From the NCBI GenBank assembly GCA_017438525.1, contig JAFRVI010000075.1, forward strand, positions 34,144 through 98,143: a stretch of 64,000 bases of DNA. The letters run 5' to 3'. A program made the position numbers and the translations under genes. Below, in pieces: positions 1-9,051 of this stretch. Each line of letters opens with the position of its first letter. The stretch's first letter is position 1. The notes below the pieces were generated by a model. It saw only the letters and a program-made list of their open reading frames with translations. It did no database searches and was not told where the DNA came from. The stretch comes from Clostridia bacterium. Lineage in GTDB: Bacteria > Bacillota > Clostridia > Oscillospirales > RGIG8002.

Positions 1-1
1 G

Positions 2-1231
2 CCGGACGGCGTCCTGCCGTACGAGCTTTACGGCTTCGACGTGACCGAGCTACCGTTTTCCGACGAGCTTTTCGAGGCGGACGGCGCGATCGCGCAGCTC
101 GAAGCGGACGCCTCGCGGCTTTTCGGCAGCGGCGCGACGCTGATCTCGCCCTTCGGCGCGACCTCGTGCATACAGGTTATGACTGCGATCGCCGCCGCGA
201 AGGGCAAGCTGCTTATCCCGCGAAACAGCCACTATTCCGTTTTCAACGCCGTCGGACTCTGCGGCGCGGAAGCGGTGCTGCTCACGCCCGAGCCGAGCGG
301 CGCGACGCCGGCGGGCGTCGTTTCGCCCGAAGCGGCCGAAGCGGCGTTCAAGGCGGACGGCGGCATTTCCGCCCTGTTTCTGACCTCTGTCGATTATTAC
401 GGATACATCGCGGACGTCGCGGCGTTCGCGGAGATATGCCGTAAACATAACAAGCTTTTGCTGGTCGACAATTCCCACGGCGCGCACCTTCGCTTCGTCG
501 AAGGGTTCAGGCACCCGCTTGAATGCGGCGCGGATATCGTCACCGATTCGATACATAAAACGCTGCCGGCGATGACCGGCTCCGCGCTGCTACATTTTGC
601 CGATCCCGCGCTCGCCGCGGAGGGCAAAAAACTGATGAAGCGCTTTTGCTCGTCAAGTCCGTCATACCCGATAATGCTCTCGATCGCCGCGGCGCTCGAA
701 TGGGCGAAGGACGAGGGCGAAAAGGCGTATAACACGCTCGCGGAGCGGCTCGGGCGGCTGAAAAAGGATATTGAAGACTACGGTTACTCCGTAACGCGCG
801 GCGAGCCGTGCCGCCTTTACGTGACCGGCGGAAGCACGGGCCTTTCCGGCGCGGAAATATCCTCGCGCCTTGCGCGGTTCGGCTGCGTGCCGGAGTTCGC
901 CGACGAAAGCGGCGCGCTGCTTATGTTCTCCCCGATGAACACGGAGGAGGAGCTTTCGCGGCTGACCGGAGTTTTCATCGGCGCGGAAAGGAAAAACGCG
1001 GTATTGCCAAAGCCGGCGCGGCGTGATATAATACCCCGCAGGGCGATGAGCGTCGCGGAAGCTTTCCGAGCTGAATGCGAGTGCGTTCCCGCCGCAGAAA
1101 GCGCAGGCAGGATCGCCGCCGAATGCGTCGGCGTCTACCCGCCGGGACTTCCCGCGGTGATAACCGGCGAATATATCGAAACGCTCCCGGAGGGGCTGAA
1201 TATGAAACGAATCCTCGTGGTAAAGGAATAG
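2..1231 (+). CDS. Orn/Lys/Arg decarboxylase-family PLP enzyme (5' end off-window)
   Basis: The frame is open to base 2 (PDGVLPYELYGFDVTELPFSD), so the GTG at 41 in the track is internal. Has the SIHKTLPAMTGSA PLP-lysine motif. Lies upstream of holB, as yaaO does in B. subtilis. Confidence 0.75.
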   Translation, partial: PDGVLPYELYGFDVTELPFSDELFEADGAIAQLEADASRLFGSGATLISPFGATSCIQVMTAIAAAKGKLLIPRNSHYSVFNAVGLCGAEAVLLTPEPSGATPAGVVSPEAAEAAFKADGGISALFLTSVDYYGYIADVAAFAEICRKHNKLLLVDNSHGAHLRFVEGFRHPLECGADIVTDSIHKTLPAMTGSALLHFADPALAAEGKKLMKRFCSSSPSYPIMLSIAAALEWAKDEGEKAYNTLAERLGRLKKDIEDYGYSVTRGEPCRLYVTGGSTGLSGAEISSRLARFGCVPEFADESGALLMFSPMNTEEELSRLTGVFIGAERKNAVLPKPARRDIIPRRAMSVAEAFRAECECVPAAESAGRIAAECVGVYPPGLPAVITGEYIETLPEGLNMKRILVVKE

Positions 1232-1235
1232 CGGT

Positions 1236-2234
1236 ATGCGGCTTGATCTGACTGAACTGAAAGGGAATAAGGCGCTGCTTTCCGCGTTTTCATCCGCGGT
1301 GACGGCGGGAGCCGTGCCGCACACGTGGATAATCGAGGGGCCGGACGGCTCCGGCAGACATACCTTCGCGTCGCTTTTCTGCCGCGTGATGATGTGCGAG
1401 GGCGAAACGCGCCCCTGCGGCGTCTGCGGCAACTGCAAACGCGCCGCGGCGGGACACGTCGACGTGCATTATATCGTTCCGCTGAAAAGCGAGAACAAGA
1501 CCGTCGGCGTCAGCGAGATCCGCGCTTTGCGCGAGGAGGTCTACGTCAACCCCACGAGCGCGAGGTGCAAGGTGTATATCGTCGAGGATGCCGAGGCGGT
1601 GACTCCGCAGGGGCAGAACGCCCTGCTGAAACTCGCCGAGGAGCCGCCCGATGACGTATATTTCCTGCTGCTGACACATAACCGCCACGGCCTGCTGCCT
1701 ACGCTCGTTTCCCGCGCCGTCTGCTACTCGATGGAGCCGCTTTCGGAAGCGGACGCGAGAGCGGCGCTGGGCAAGGTGAGGGGTGCCGACGACGCGAAGA
1801 TAGAGACGGCGATCCGCCTTTCCGGCGGCTTCGTCGGAGCCGCAAAAAGCTTTCTGAAGGGCGAAACGCTCGCCGCCGGCATAACCGCGGCGGAGAAGTT
1901 CCTGGGCGCGCTCGCCGCGGGCGACGAATACGCGCTGATGATGACCTTCTCATCGCTTCCCGACAGCCGCGACAAAGCCCGCAGTCTGCTGACGGCGATC
2001 GCGGCGGCGGTCGCGGAAACGGTGCGCGTCAAGGCGGGCGCGCCGGACGCGTCTAAGCTGCCTATCGAAGCGGCGGAGCGCAAAGCCGCTTCGGCGGTAG
2101 GATACCGGACGCTGATCAACGTGTACGAATCCGTTACGGCGGCGGAAAACGATATTTCCGCCTTCGTCAACGTCAACGCGGCCGTGACCGAGCTGACCGT
2201 AAAGGTCGCCGCGGCGCGCCGTGAGAATAAATGA
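1236..2234 (+). CDS. holB: DNA polymerase III delta' subunit
   Basis: AAA+ clamp-loader N-terminus HTWIIEGPDGSGRHT and a zinc module CGVCGNCKR. Synteny with yaaT. Confidence 0.85.
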   Translation: MRLDLTELKGNKALLSAFSSAVTAGAVPHTWIIEGPDGSGRHTFASLFCRVMMCEGETRPCGVCGNCKRAAAGHVDVHYIVPLKSENKTVGVSEIRALREEVYVNPTSARCKVYIVEDAEAVTPQGQNALLKLAEEPPDDVYFLLLTHNRHGLLPTLVSRAVCYSMEPLSEADARAALGKVRGADDAKIETAIRLSGGFVGAAKSFLKGETLAAGITAAEKFLGALAAGDEYALMMTFSSLPDSRDKARSLLTAIAAAVAETVRVKAGAPDASKLPIEAAERKAASAVGYRTLINVYESVTAAENDISAFVNVNAAVTELTVKVAAARRENK

Positions 2235-2263
2235 ATAACGCTCGGTGAGCGAGAGGTGATATT

Positions 2264-3124
2264 ATGACAGAAGTAGTAGGCATAAAGTTCAAGGAAGGCG
2301 GAAATATGTACTATTTCGCCCCAAACGGACTTAAACTTTCTCTGGGCGAAAACGCCGTCGTCGAGACCGCCCGCGGACTCGAATACGGTTCCGTCGTCCT
2401 CGCCAACAAGATGCTGGACGACTCCGAGATCGTTTCTCCGCTGAAAAATGTCGTCCGCAAGGCGACGAAGGCGGACGACGAGGTCTACGAGAAGAATAAG
2501 GAAAAAGAAAAAGAAGCGCTCCGCATCTGCGAGAAGAAGGTCGCGGAGCACGGGCTCGAAATGCAGCTTGTCGACGTCGAATACACCTTCGACCGCGGCA
2601 AGATACTGTTCTACTTCACCGCGGACGGCAGAGTCGACTTCCGCGAGCTCGTAAAAGACCTCGCGGCGACCTTCCGCACGAGGATCGAGCTGCGCCAGAT
2701 CGGCGTGCGCGACGAGGCGAAGATGATCGGCGGGCTCGGCATCTGCGGCAGACCCTTCTGCTGCTGCGCGTTCCTGGACGATTTCAAGCCGGTCTCCGTC
2801 AAGATGGCGAAGGAGCAGAACATGAGCTTGAATCCCGGCAAGATCTCCGGCACCTGCGGCCGCCTTATGTGCTGCCTGAAATACGAGGAGGAGGCCTACC
2901 GCTCGCTCTGGAAAATGACTCCCAAGGTCGGCGCGCAGGTCAGAACTCCGGACGGAAAGGGCACCGTCACCGAGGTCTCGCTGCTCCGCGGCGACCTGAA
3001 GGTCACGCTCGATAAAGCGCCCGAGAGCGTCAGAAGCTACAAGCGCGACGAAGTCAAGCTCCTGAAGGACGGCGACATCAAGGTCGACAAGAAGGAAATG
3101 GACGATCTGAAGGACCTCGAGTAG
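2264..3124 (+). CDS. yaaT: PSP1-domain protein YaaT/RicT-like
   Basis: Cys-rich PSP1 core (GICGRPFCCCAFL, SGTCGRLMCCLKYEE). Position after holB. Confidence 0.85.
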   Translation: MTEVVGIKFKEGGNMYYFAPNGLKLSLGENAVVETARGLEYGSVVLANKMLDDSEIVSPLKNVVRKATKADDEVYEKNKEKEKEALRICEKKVAEHGLEMQLVDVEYTFDRGKILFYFTADGRVDFRELVKDLAATFRTRIELRQIGVRDEAKMIGGLGICGRPFCCCAFLDDFKPVSVKMAKEQNMSLNPGKISGTCGRLMCCLKYEEEAYRSLWKMTPKVGAQVRTPDGKGTVTEVSLLRGDLKVTLDKAPESVRSYKRDEVKLLKDGDIKVDKKEMDDLKDLE

Positions 3125-3197
3125 CCGTTTGCCGCGCGAAATACGCGCCGCGGACGCCTTTGCGCCGCGATTTTCGGCGGTTTTTTGAAAAAAAGTG

Positions 3198-3225
3198 TTG
3201 CATATTTCAGAATATGTGCTAAAAT
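3198..3225 (+). promoter_or_regulatory. sigma-A-type promoter for the ferredoxin gene
   Basis: TTGCAT, 16-nt spacer, then TGcTAAAAT (extended -10), about 25 nt upstream of the ferredoxin RBS. Confidence 0.45.
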
Positions 3226-3249
3226 GTTACTCAAACGGAGGTGTTATGA

Positions 3250-3420
3250 ATGGCTTATTTTATCGGTGAAGAGTGCATCGCCTGCGGTTCCTGCGAGGCG
3301 GAATGCCCCAATTCCTGCATTTCTATGGGCGACGACAGATACGTGATCGACGCCGAACAGTGCATCGAGTGCGGCGCTTGCGCGTCCGTGTGCCCGGTGG
3401 ATGCTCCGAAGCAGCAGTGA
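3250..3420 (+). CDS. 2x[4Fe-4S] ferredoxin, 56 aa (missing from the ORF track, below its length cutoff)
   Basis: My translation: [56 protein letters not shown]. Two CxxCxxCxxxCP motifs. RBS ACGGAGGTG upstream. Confidence 0.8.
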   Translation: MAYFIGEECIACGSCEAECPNSCISMGDDRYVIDAEQCIECGACASVCPVDAPKQQ

Positions 3421-3567
3421 TCTGCGCGCTTTGAGCTGAAAAATCGTACGCAACAGGGTGCGAGGCTGAAACGGAAAACGGAGATATCCGAGTCTGTTTT
3501 GTGCCGTGCGCCCTATTGTTGTATATAGACGGTATTTGCCGGCCGCGCGGCCGGCCTTGAGGTGCTT

Positions 3568-4278
3568 ATGAAGGAAACGGTCGATCTCGGCGGCGGTTAC
3601 ACGCTCTTTCAGCCGAAGGGGGTATATCCCTGCGGCACCGACGCGGTGCTGCTCGCCGCCTTCGCCGCGGAACGCGGAGAAGGCAGCCGTTTCTGCGACC
3701 TCTGCTCCGGCAGCGGAGTAATCCCCGTGCTCGTATGCAAACGCAGACCGGAGGTATCCTTCGCCGCCGTGGAAATATCCGGAACCGCCTGTGAAGCCGC
3801 AGTAAAAAACGCTTCCGTCAACGGCTTCGGCGGCAGGATAAACGTGATAAACGGCGACGTCGGACGGGTTGACAAGCTGCTTGAAAAGGCGACTTTCGAC
3901 TGCGTCACCGTCAACCCACCGTATATGAAGGCGGGCGGCGGCAAAGCGCCGTCGGACAGGATGACCGAGATAGCCGTTCGCGAGACGCTCTGCACCGCGG
4001 CTGACGTCGTGAAGGCGGCGGCGTTTCTGCTCCGCGACGGCGGCAGTCTGTTCATCGTCCACCGCGCCGAACGCAGAGAAGAGATACTCGCGCTGATGCG
4101 CGAAAACGGCCTCTGCCCGAAGCTGATCCGTCCTATCGTGCACGAGCGCGGCGCGAAGGCGAAAACGTTCCTCGCGCAGGCGGTAAAGGGCGCCTCCGGC
4201 GAAGCGCAGGAGCGCCCGTTCATACTTTACGAAAACGGCGCGTACACCGCGGAAGCGGCGCGCGTCTACGGAGAGTGA
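3568..4278 (+). CDS. SAM-dependent N6-adenine methyltransferase (YabB / tRNA1-Val m6A37 TrmN6-like)
   Basis: NPPY catalytic motif (VTVNPPYMKAG) and a glycine-rich SAM loop (DLCSGSGVI). Sits in the yabB slot before rsmI. ATG at 3568, or GTG at 3562. Confidence 0.7.
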   Translation: MKETVDLGGGYTLFQPKGVYPCGTDAVLLAAFAAERGEGSRFCDLCSGSGVIPVLVCKRRPEVSFAAVEISGTACEAAVKNASVNGFGGRINVINGDVGRVDKLLEKATFDCVTVNPPYMKAGGGKAPSDRMTEIAVRETLCTAADVVKAAAFLLRDGGSLFIVHRAERREEILALMRENGLCPKLIRPIVHERGAKAKTFLAQAVKGASGEAQERPFILYENGAYTAEAARVYGE

Positions 4279-4282
4279 AGCT

Positions 4283-5113
4283 ATGGTTTTTGAAAAAGGC
4301 ACGCTCTATATAGTCGGAACGCCGATAGGCAATCTTTCCGACCTTTCGCCCCGCGCGGTCGAGGTCTTCGAGAACGCCGACTTCATCGCGGCGGAGGACA
4401 CCCGCGTGACGATGAAGCTGCTTAACAGCGTCGGCGTGAAAAAGCCGCTCGTCAGCTATTACGAACACAACGAAGCGACCCGCTCCGGCGAGATCGTCGA
4501 GCGGCTGAAGGCGGGGGAGATATGCGCCCTCGTCAGCGACGCGGGAATGCCGCTGATTTCCGATCCGGGCGGCGAAATCGTCGCGCTCTGCGTGAAAGAG
4601 GACGTTCCCGTCTGCGTAGTCCCCGGGCCGAGCGCCGTGATTTCCGCGCTCGCGGTCAGCGGGCTTGAAACGGGCAGGTTCGCCTTCGAGGGCTTCCTCT
4701 CGGTCAACGCCAAGCGCCGCAGGGAGCATCTGGACGAGGTGAAAAACGACCGCCGCACGCTCGTGTTTTACGAAGCGCCGCACAAGCTCCGCCGCACGCT
4801 CGCGGATATGCTGGAGGTGTTCGGCGACCGCCGCGTCGCGCTCTGCCGCGAGCTGACGAAGCTGCACGAAGAAACGCTGCGCACGACGCTTTCGGAGGCG
4901 TGCGCTTACTTTGAAGAAACCCCGCCGCGCGGCGAGTTCGTGCTCGTCGTCGAGGGCGCGAAGGAGCAGGCGGAGCCGGACTCCGCCGACGCGGAAGCGG
5001 TAATGCGCGAACTGCTCGCCTCCGGAATGAGCCGCAGCGCCGCGGCTAAGGAGACGGCGAAGCGCACGGGGCTTTCGCGCGGCGAAGCGTACAAGCTCTG
5101 CGCCGGCGAATAG
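4283..5113 (+). CDS. rsmI: 16S rRNA (cytidine1402-2'-O)-methyltransferase
   Basis: LYIVGTPIGNLSDLSPRA...FIAAEDTR N-terminus, typical of RsmI/YabC. Confidence 0.9.
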   Translation: MVFEKGTLYIVGTPIGNLSDLSPRAVEVFENADFIAAEDTRVTMKLLNSVGVKKPLVSYYEHNEATRSGEIVERLKAGEICALVSDAGMPLISDPGGEIVALCVKEDVPVCVVPGPSAVISALAVSGLETGRFAFEGFLSVNAKRRREHLDEVKNDRRTLVFYEAPHKLRRTLADMLEVFGDRRVALCRELTKLHEETLRTTLSEACAYFEETPPRGEFVLVVEGAKEQAEPDSADAEAVMRELLASGMSRSAAAKETAKRTGLSRGEAYKLCAGE

Positions 5114-5122
5114 GAGGCATAT

Positions 5123-5569
5123 ATGCTCGTTTACAAACGTAAAGCGCACTATCACGAAGTCGACAAAATGGGCGTCGTCCACCACTCCAACTACGTCAAG
5201 TGGATGGAAGAGGCGCGCATAGAGGCCGTCGCGGAATTCGGGATCAGCTTCAAGGAGGCCGAGGAGAACGGCATTCTGTCGCCCATCGTCAATATTTCCG
5301 TCGACTACAAACGCCCCGTCGCGTTCGGCGACGAGGTCGAGATCCGCGTTACGATCCTGAAATACAACGGCGCGGTCATGGAGCTCGGCTACGAGTTTTA
5401 CAACCTGACGGCCGGCTGCCTCTGCACCGTGGCGACGTCGCGCAACTGCTTCGTCGTCGGCGGGCGCGTGACGTCGCTGAAAAAGGCGGCGCCGGAGGCG
5501 GACGCGAAGCTTCGCGCGATCTACGAAGCGCAGCAAACTCAGGCCGCGTCTGAACGCGGCGGCGACTAA
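5123..5569 (+). CDS. acyl-CoA thioesterase (4HBT/YbgC family)
   Basis: Hotdog-fold N-terminus (HYHEVDKMGVVHHSNYVKWMEEAR). Confidence 0.7.
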   Translation: MLVYKRKAHYHEVDKMGVVHHSNYVKWMEEARIEAVAEFGISFKEAEENGILSPIVNISVDYKRPVAFGDEVEIRVTILKYNGAVMELGYEFYNLTAGCLCTVATSRNCFVVGGRVTSLKKAAPEADAKLRAIYEAQQTQAASERGGD

Positions 5570-5582
5570 AAGGAGGTCAACT

Positions 5583-6749
5583 ATGCTCAATTACGTCCAC
5601 AGTATCCCCACAAAGCTTTACTTCGGAAAGGGGCAGATCAGCCGCCTCGACGGTATCCTCCGTCAGTTCGGCAGCAAAGTCCTGCTTACCTACGGCGGCG
5701 GCTCGATAAAGAAGATCGGGCTTTACGACGAGGTGACGCGTATCCTAAACGACGGCGGCTTCACCGTGACCGAGCTCGCCGGCATCGAGCCGAATCCGCG
5801 GATCGAATCGGTCGAGGAGGGTGTCCGTCTCTGCAAGGAGAACGATATCGACGTCATCCTCGCGGTCGGCGGCGGCAGCACCATCGACTGCTCGAAAGCC
5901 ATCGCGGCCGGCGTCTTCTACGAGGGTGACCTCTGGCAGATGGTCGCTTCGCGCCACGGCGCGCTGAAGGCGCTTCCGCTCGTGGATATCCTCACGCTCA
6001 GCGCCACCGGCTCGGAGTTCGACGGCGGCGGAGTCATCACGAATCTTAAAACGAACGAGAAGCTCGGCAATATGTATACCTATCCCGCCGCGTCCATCTG
6101 CGACCCGACCTACACCTTCTCGGTGTCGAAGTATCAGACCGCCGCGGGAACCGCCGACATAATGAGCCACATCTTCGAGGGCTACTTCTCGCGTACGGAG
6201 GACAGCGACCTTTCCGACTGCATCGCGGAGGGCGTTCTGAAGACCGCGATAAAATACCTTCCCGTCGCGCTCGCGGAGCCGGATAACTACACCGCGCGCG
6301 CCAACCTGATGGCGATAGCGTCCGTCGCCTGCTCGGGCATTCCAGAGTACGGCAAGCAGGATACCGGCTGGCCGTGCCATTCGATGGAGCACGAGCTTTC
6401 CGCGTTCTACGACATCACCCACGGCGTCGGGCTCGCGATACTGACTCCGCGCTGGATGCGCTTCATACTGAAAAAGGACCCCTCCTGCGCGTGGAGGTTC
6501 GTCAGATTCGCAAAGAACGTCTGGGGCATCGACGGTGAGGATGAGCTTTCTCTCGCGAACGCGGGAATCGACAAGCTCGAGAGCTTCTTCAAAGAGTCGG
6601 GCATCCCGATGACGCTCCGCGAACTGAACATTGACGAAGAGCACTTTGAAGAGATGGCGGCGCACGCGAATTTCGGCGGCTACCTCAAAAACGCCTTCGT
6701 CGCGCTCACGAACGAAGATATTGTCGAGATATACAGAGCGTGCCTCTGA
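5583..6749 (+). CDS. iron-containing alcohol dehydrogenase (butanol dehydrogenase/YqhD-like)
   Basis: GGGSTIDCSKAIA nucleotide loop and metal-binding His residues (HSMEHELSAFYDITHG). Confidence 0.85.
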   Translation: MLNYVHSIPTKLYFGKGQISRLDGILRQFGSKVLLTYGGGSIKKIGLYDEVTRILNDGGFTVTELAGIEPNPRIESVEEGVRLCKENDIDVILAVGGGSTIDCSKAIAAGVFYEGDLWQMVASRHGALKALPLVDILTLSATGSEFDGGGVITNLKTNEKLGNMYTYPAASICDPTYTFSVSKYQTAAGTADIMSHIFEGYFSRTEDSDLSDCIAEGVLKTAIKYLPVALAEPDNYTARANLMAIASVACSGIPEYGKQDTGWPCHSMEHELSAFYDITHGVGLAILTPRWMRFILKKDPSCAWRFVRFAKNVWGIDGEDELSLANAGIDKLESFFKESGIPMTLRELNIDEEHFEEMAAHANFGGYLKNAFVALTNEDIVEIYRACL

Positions 6750-6839
6750 CGATCAAAGGGGAGTGTAATTACGGCTCTTTCGGAAAAAACGAAAAAATAT
6801 TTAAAAGAGAACTGCGCACGCTCCCTTGAGGGCAGGACC

Positions 6840-7658
6840 GTGCTGATAACCGGCGCCAACAGCGGCGTCGGCTTCAAGACGGCCGAAACGATGGCGTACC
6901 TCGGCGCGTCCGTGATAATGGCGTGCAGGAATCTTGAAAAAGCGTCGGCCGCGCGCGAAAAGCTGCTCGCGGACTATCCCGAAGCGGATATCTGCGTGAT
7001 GCGGCTCGACATGGCGGACTTCGCTTCGATAGACGCTTTCGCGGAGCAGCTGCCGGACGTTGACGTCTTCATCAACAACGCGGGGCTTTTCCACCGCCGC
7101 GGCGAGAAGACGAAGGACGGCTTCGATCTGGTGATGGGCACGAACTATATCGGCGTTTATTACCTGAGCGAAAAGATACTTCCGAAGCTCGCGGCGTCGG
7201 GGCGCGAGGTCGTGTATATCAACACGATTTCGCTTATCCACAAGGTCGCGCGCGTGAAGCTTTCGCGCTTCGACGACAGCCGCGGCGCGTACGCGCGTTC
7301 CAAGCTCTGCCTCGCGCGCTATTCGCGCTACCTCGCGGAGAAGTACAGGGATACGAACGTCCGCGTTTATATGGTCCACCCCGGAATCGCGAAGACGCCG
7401 ATCGCGTCGCACTTTCTCGGCGGGATGGACGCGCTGTCGAAGATCGTGCCGATAAATTCAGCGGAGAAATCGTCGCTCGCGGCGGCGTGGATACTGTCGC
7501 ACGACGTTCCGGACGCCTGCGTCGTCGGGCCGAATAAGATATTCGGCGGCTGGGGTTACCCGAAGCTGAACCGCACCTGCCGCAGAGCGAAGCGGGATAT
7601 AGAGCCGCTCGTCGAATTCACGAAAGAGCAAATAGAAACGCGGAGGGCTGCGAATTGA
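6840..7658 (+). CDS. SDR-family oxidoreductase
   Basis: TGANSGVG Rossmann motif, NNAG, and YARSK catalytic Tyr-Lys. The start is uncertain: GTG at 6840, and the frame is open from 6750 with no ATG. Confidence 0.8.
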   Translation: MLITGANSGVGFKTAETMAYLGASVIMACRNLEKASAAREKLLADYPEADICVMRLDMADFASIDAFAEQLPDVDVFINNAGLFHRRGEKTKDGFDLVMGTNYIGVYYLSEKILPKLAASGREVVYINTISLIHKVARVKLSRFDDSRGAYARSKLCLARYSRYLAEKYRDTNVRVYMVHPGIAKTPIASHFLGGMDALSKIVPINSAEKSSLAAAWILSHDVPDACVVGPNKIFGGWGYPKLNRTCRRAKRDIEPLVEFTKEQIETRRAAN

Positions 7659-8110
7659 TAAAGCTTACCGGCGTTACCGAAGATAACTGGCTCGAGGTCG
7701 CTTCTCTGACCGTCAGAGACGACCAGAAGGAATACCTCGCGCCCGCGATAGGCATTATCGCGAGAGGATACGTCTACCGCGACTGCAACGCGAGGGTTTT
7801 CGCGGTCGAAAACGACGGAACCGTCGTCGGCGTCGCGCTCGTCAGGGAGTTCGCCGACGAGCCGCTCGGATACGACCTGCAGCAGTTCATGATAGGCGCG
7901 GAGTATCAGGGCAGGGGCTACGGCTCCGCCGCGCTCGCGCTGATCCTGGACGAGCTGCGAAAAGAAGGGCATTACGATCACGTCGAGGTCTGCGTGAAAA
8001 AAGCCGACCTCGCGGCGATACGCCTTTATGAAAAACACGGCTTCACCGATTCCGGATATATCGACGATGACGCGCCGGATTCGCTTAACATGATATGCCG
8101 CCTCTTTTGA
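7655..8110 (+). CDS. GNAT N-acetyltransferase
   Basis: Acetyl-CoA loop QGRGYGSAAL. TTG start overlapping the SDR stop. Confidence 0.75.
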   Translation: MIKLTGVTEDNWLEVASLTVRDDQKEYLAPAIGIIARGYVYRDCNARVFAVENDGTVVGVALVREFADEPLGYDLQQFMIGAEYQGRGYGSAALALILDELRKEGHYDHVEVCVKKADLAAIRLYEKHGFTDSGYIDDDAPDSLNMICRLF

Positions 8111-8158
8111 TATTTCGCTTGCATTAACGGTGAAACCGTGATAGAATAAACACGTCAT

Positions 8159-8253
8159 ACAGAGTAGGCGCGGACGCGTGAAGTGCCGTCGGGACGGGGA
8201 GTTGCCCGGCGGACGAAGGAACGTTCCGCGGTGTCCGCGCCGCATCCCGCTGT
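8159..8253 (+). promoter_or_regulatory. THF (tetrahydrofolate) riboswitch aptamer
   Basis: ACAGAGUAG-GCGCGGA-CGCGUGAAGUG-...-GGGGAGUUG-...-ACGAAGG-...-CCGCGGUG-UCCGCGC-CGCAUCCCGCUGU. This matches the conserved blocks of the E. siraeum THF aptamer in order (AGAGUAG, CGCGUUAAGUG, GGGAUGU, ACGAAG, GCGCGGUG, GCAUCCGCU). P1 is ACAG/CUGU and P2 is GCGCGGA/UCCGCGC. Confidence 0.85.
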
Positions 8254-8313
8254 CAATATCGGCTGAAATATCTTCCCGATATCATTGCGAGAATGTATGG
8301 GGGAGGTATTGTT

Positions 8314-9051
8314 ATGAATGAAACAAAAACCGAAAACGAACGGCTCGTAAATCCGTTCAAGGTACTGAAGGCGTCGGCGCTGGAGCTGACGAAGCTGCCG
8401 ACCGTCTGCGTGCTCGCGGTCATGCTCGCGTGCTGCTACGTCTTCGGAATGCTCACGATACCGCTGCTCGGGCAGGCGCTGCAGATCAAGTTCTCGTTCC
8501 TGATCTACGCGCTCTGCGGCGCGCTGTACGGCCCTGTTCCGACGGTGCTGCTCGGCGTTATGGATCAGCTTCTCGTGGAAACGCTGATGAAGGGCAACGG
8601 CTTCCTGCTCGGCTACGTGATATCATTCGCGTTCCGCGGACTGCTTTTCGGCTCGCTGCTCTATCACCGCGCGCTCCCGCAAAAGGGGCTCTCCGTCGGC
8701 CGCGTCGCGCTGACGAAGGCGGCGGACACGGTGTTTTACAACGTCCTGCTGAATACGTATCTGAACTATCACTACGGCTTCATAAGCGCGGGCTCGTTCG
8801 CCGCGGCGGTCACCGTCCGCGTCGGCAAGAACATAGTCCTGCTGCCGCTTGAAATATTCCTGCTCTGTGTCTTCCTCGCCGCGATGCTCCGCGCGCTTCC
8901 GCATATCGGCGGACTGCCGGAGGTGAAGACGGAGAAGATAACGAAAAAGCAGACGGCGGTCATCATCTCCCTCGCCGCGCTCGGCATGGGACTGCTGCTG
9001 GCGTATCTGTTCATACCTTCGTTCCGAGAGGTGTTGAAGTTTGGCTTATAG
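8314..9051 (+). CDS. folT: folate-family ECF transporter S component
   Basis: Polytopic membrane protein directly downstream of the THF riboswitch. The ATG at 8314 has RBS GGGGGAGG; the track start at 8293 lacks one. Confidence 0.7.
   Translation: MNETKTENERLVNPFKVLKASALELTKLPTVCVLAVMLACCYVFGMLTIPLLGQALQIKFSFLIYALCGALYGPVPTVLLGVMDQLLVETLMKGNGFLLGYVISFAFRGLLFGSLLYHRALPQKGLSVGRVALTKAADTVFYNVLLNTYLNYHYGFISAGSFAAAVTVRVGKNIVLLPLEIFLLCVFLAAMLRALPHIGGLPEVKTEKITKKQTAVIISLAALGMGLLLAYLFIPSFREVLKFGL

Noticed and set aside
3244-5590. Long minus-strand ORFs (3244-4302, 352 aa; 4220-5590, 456 aa; 3609-4223, 204 aa) opposite the ferredoxin, methyltransferase, rsmI and thioesterase genes.
   Set aside because: They lie antisense to genes with clear catalytic motifs. 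Their translations are Arg/Ala/Gly-rich low-complexity sequence, typical of stop-free antisense frames in GC-rich DNA, and they have no RBS.
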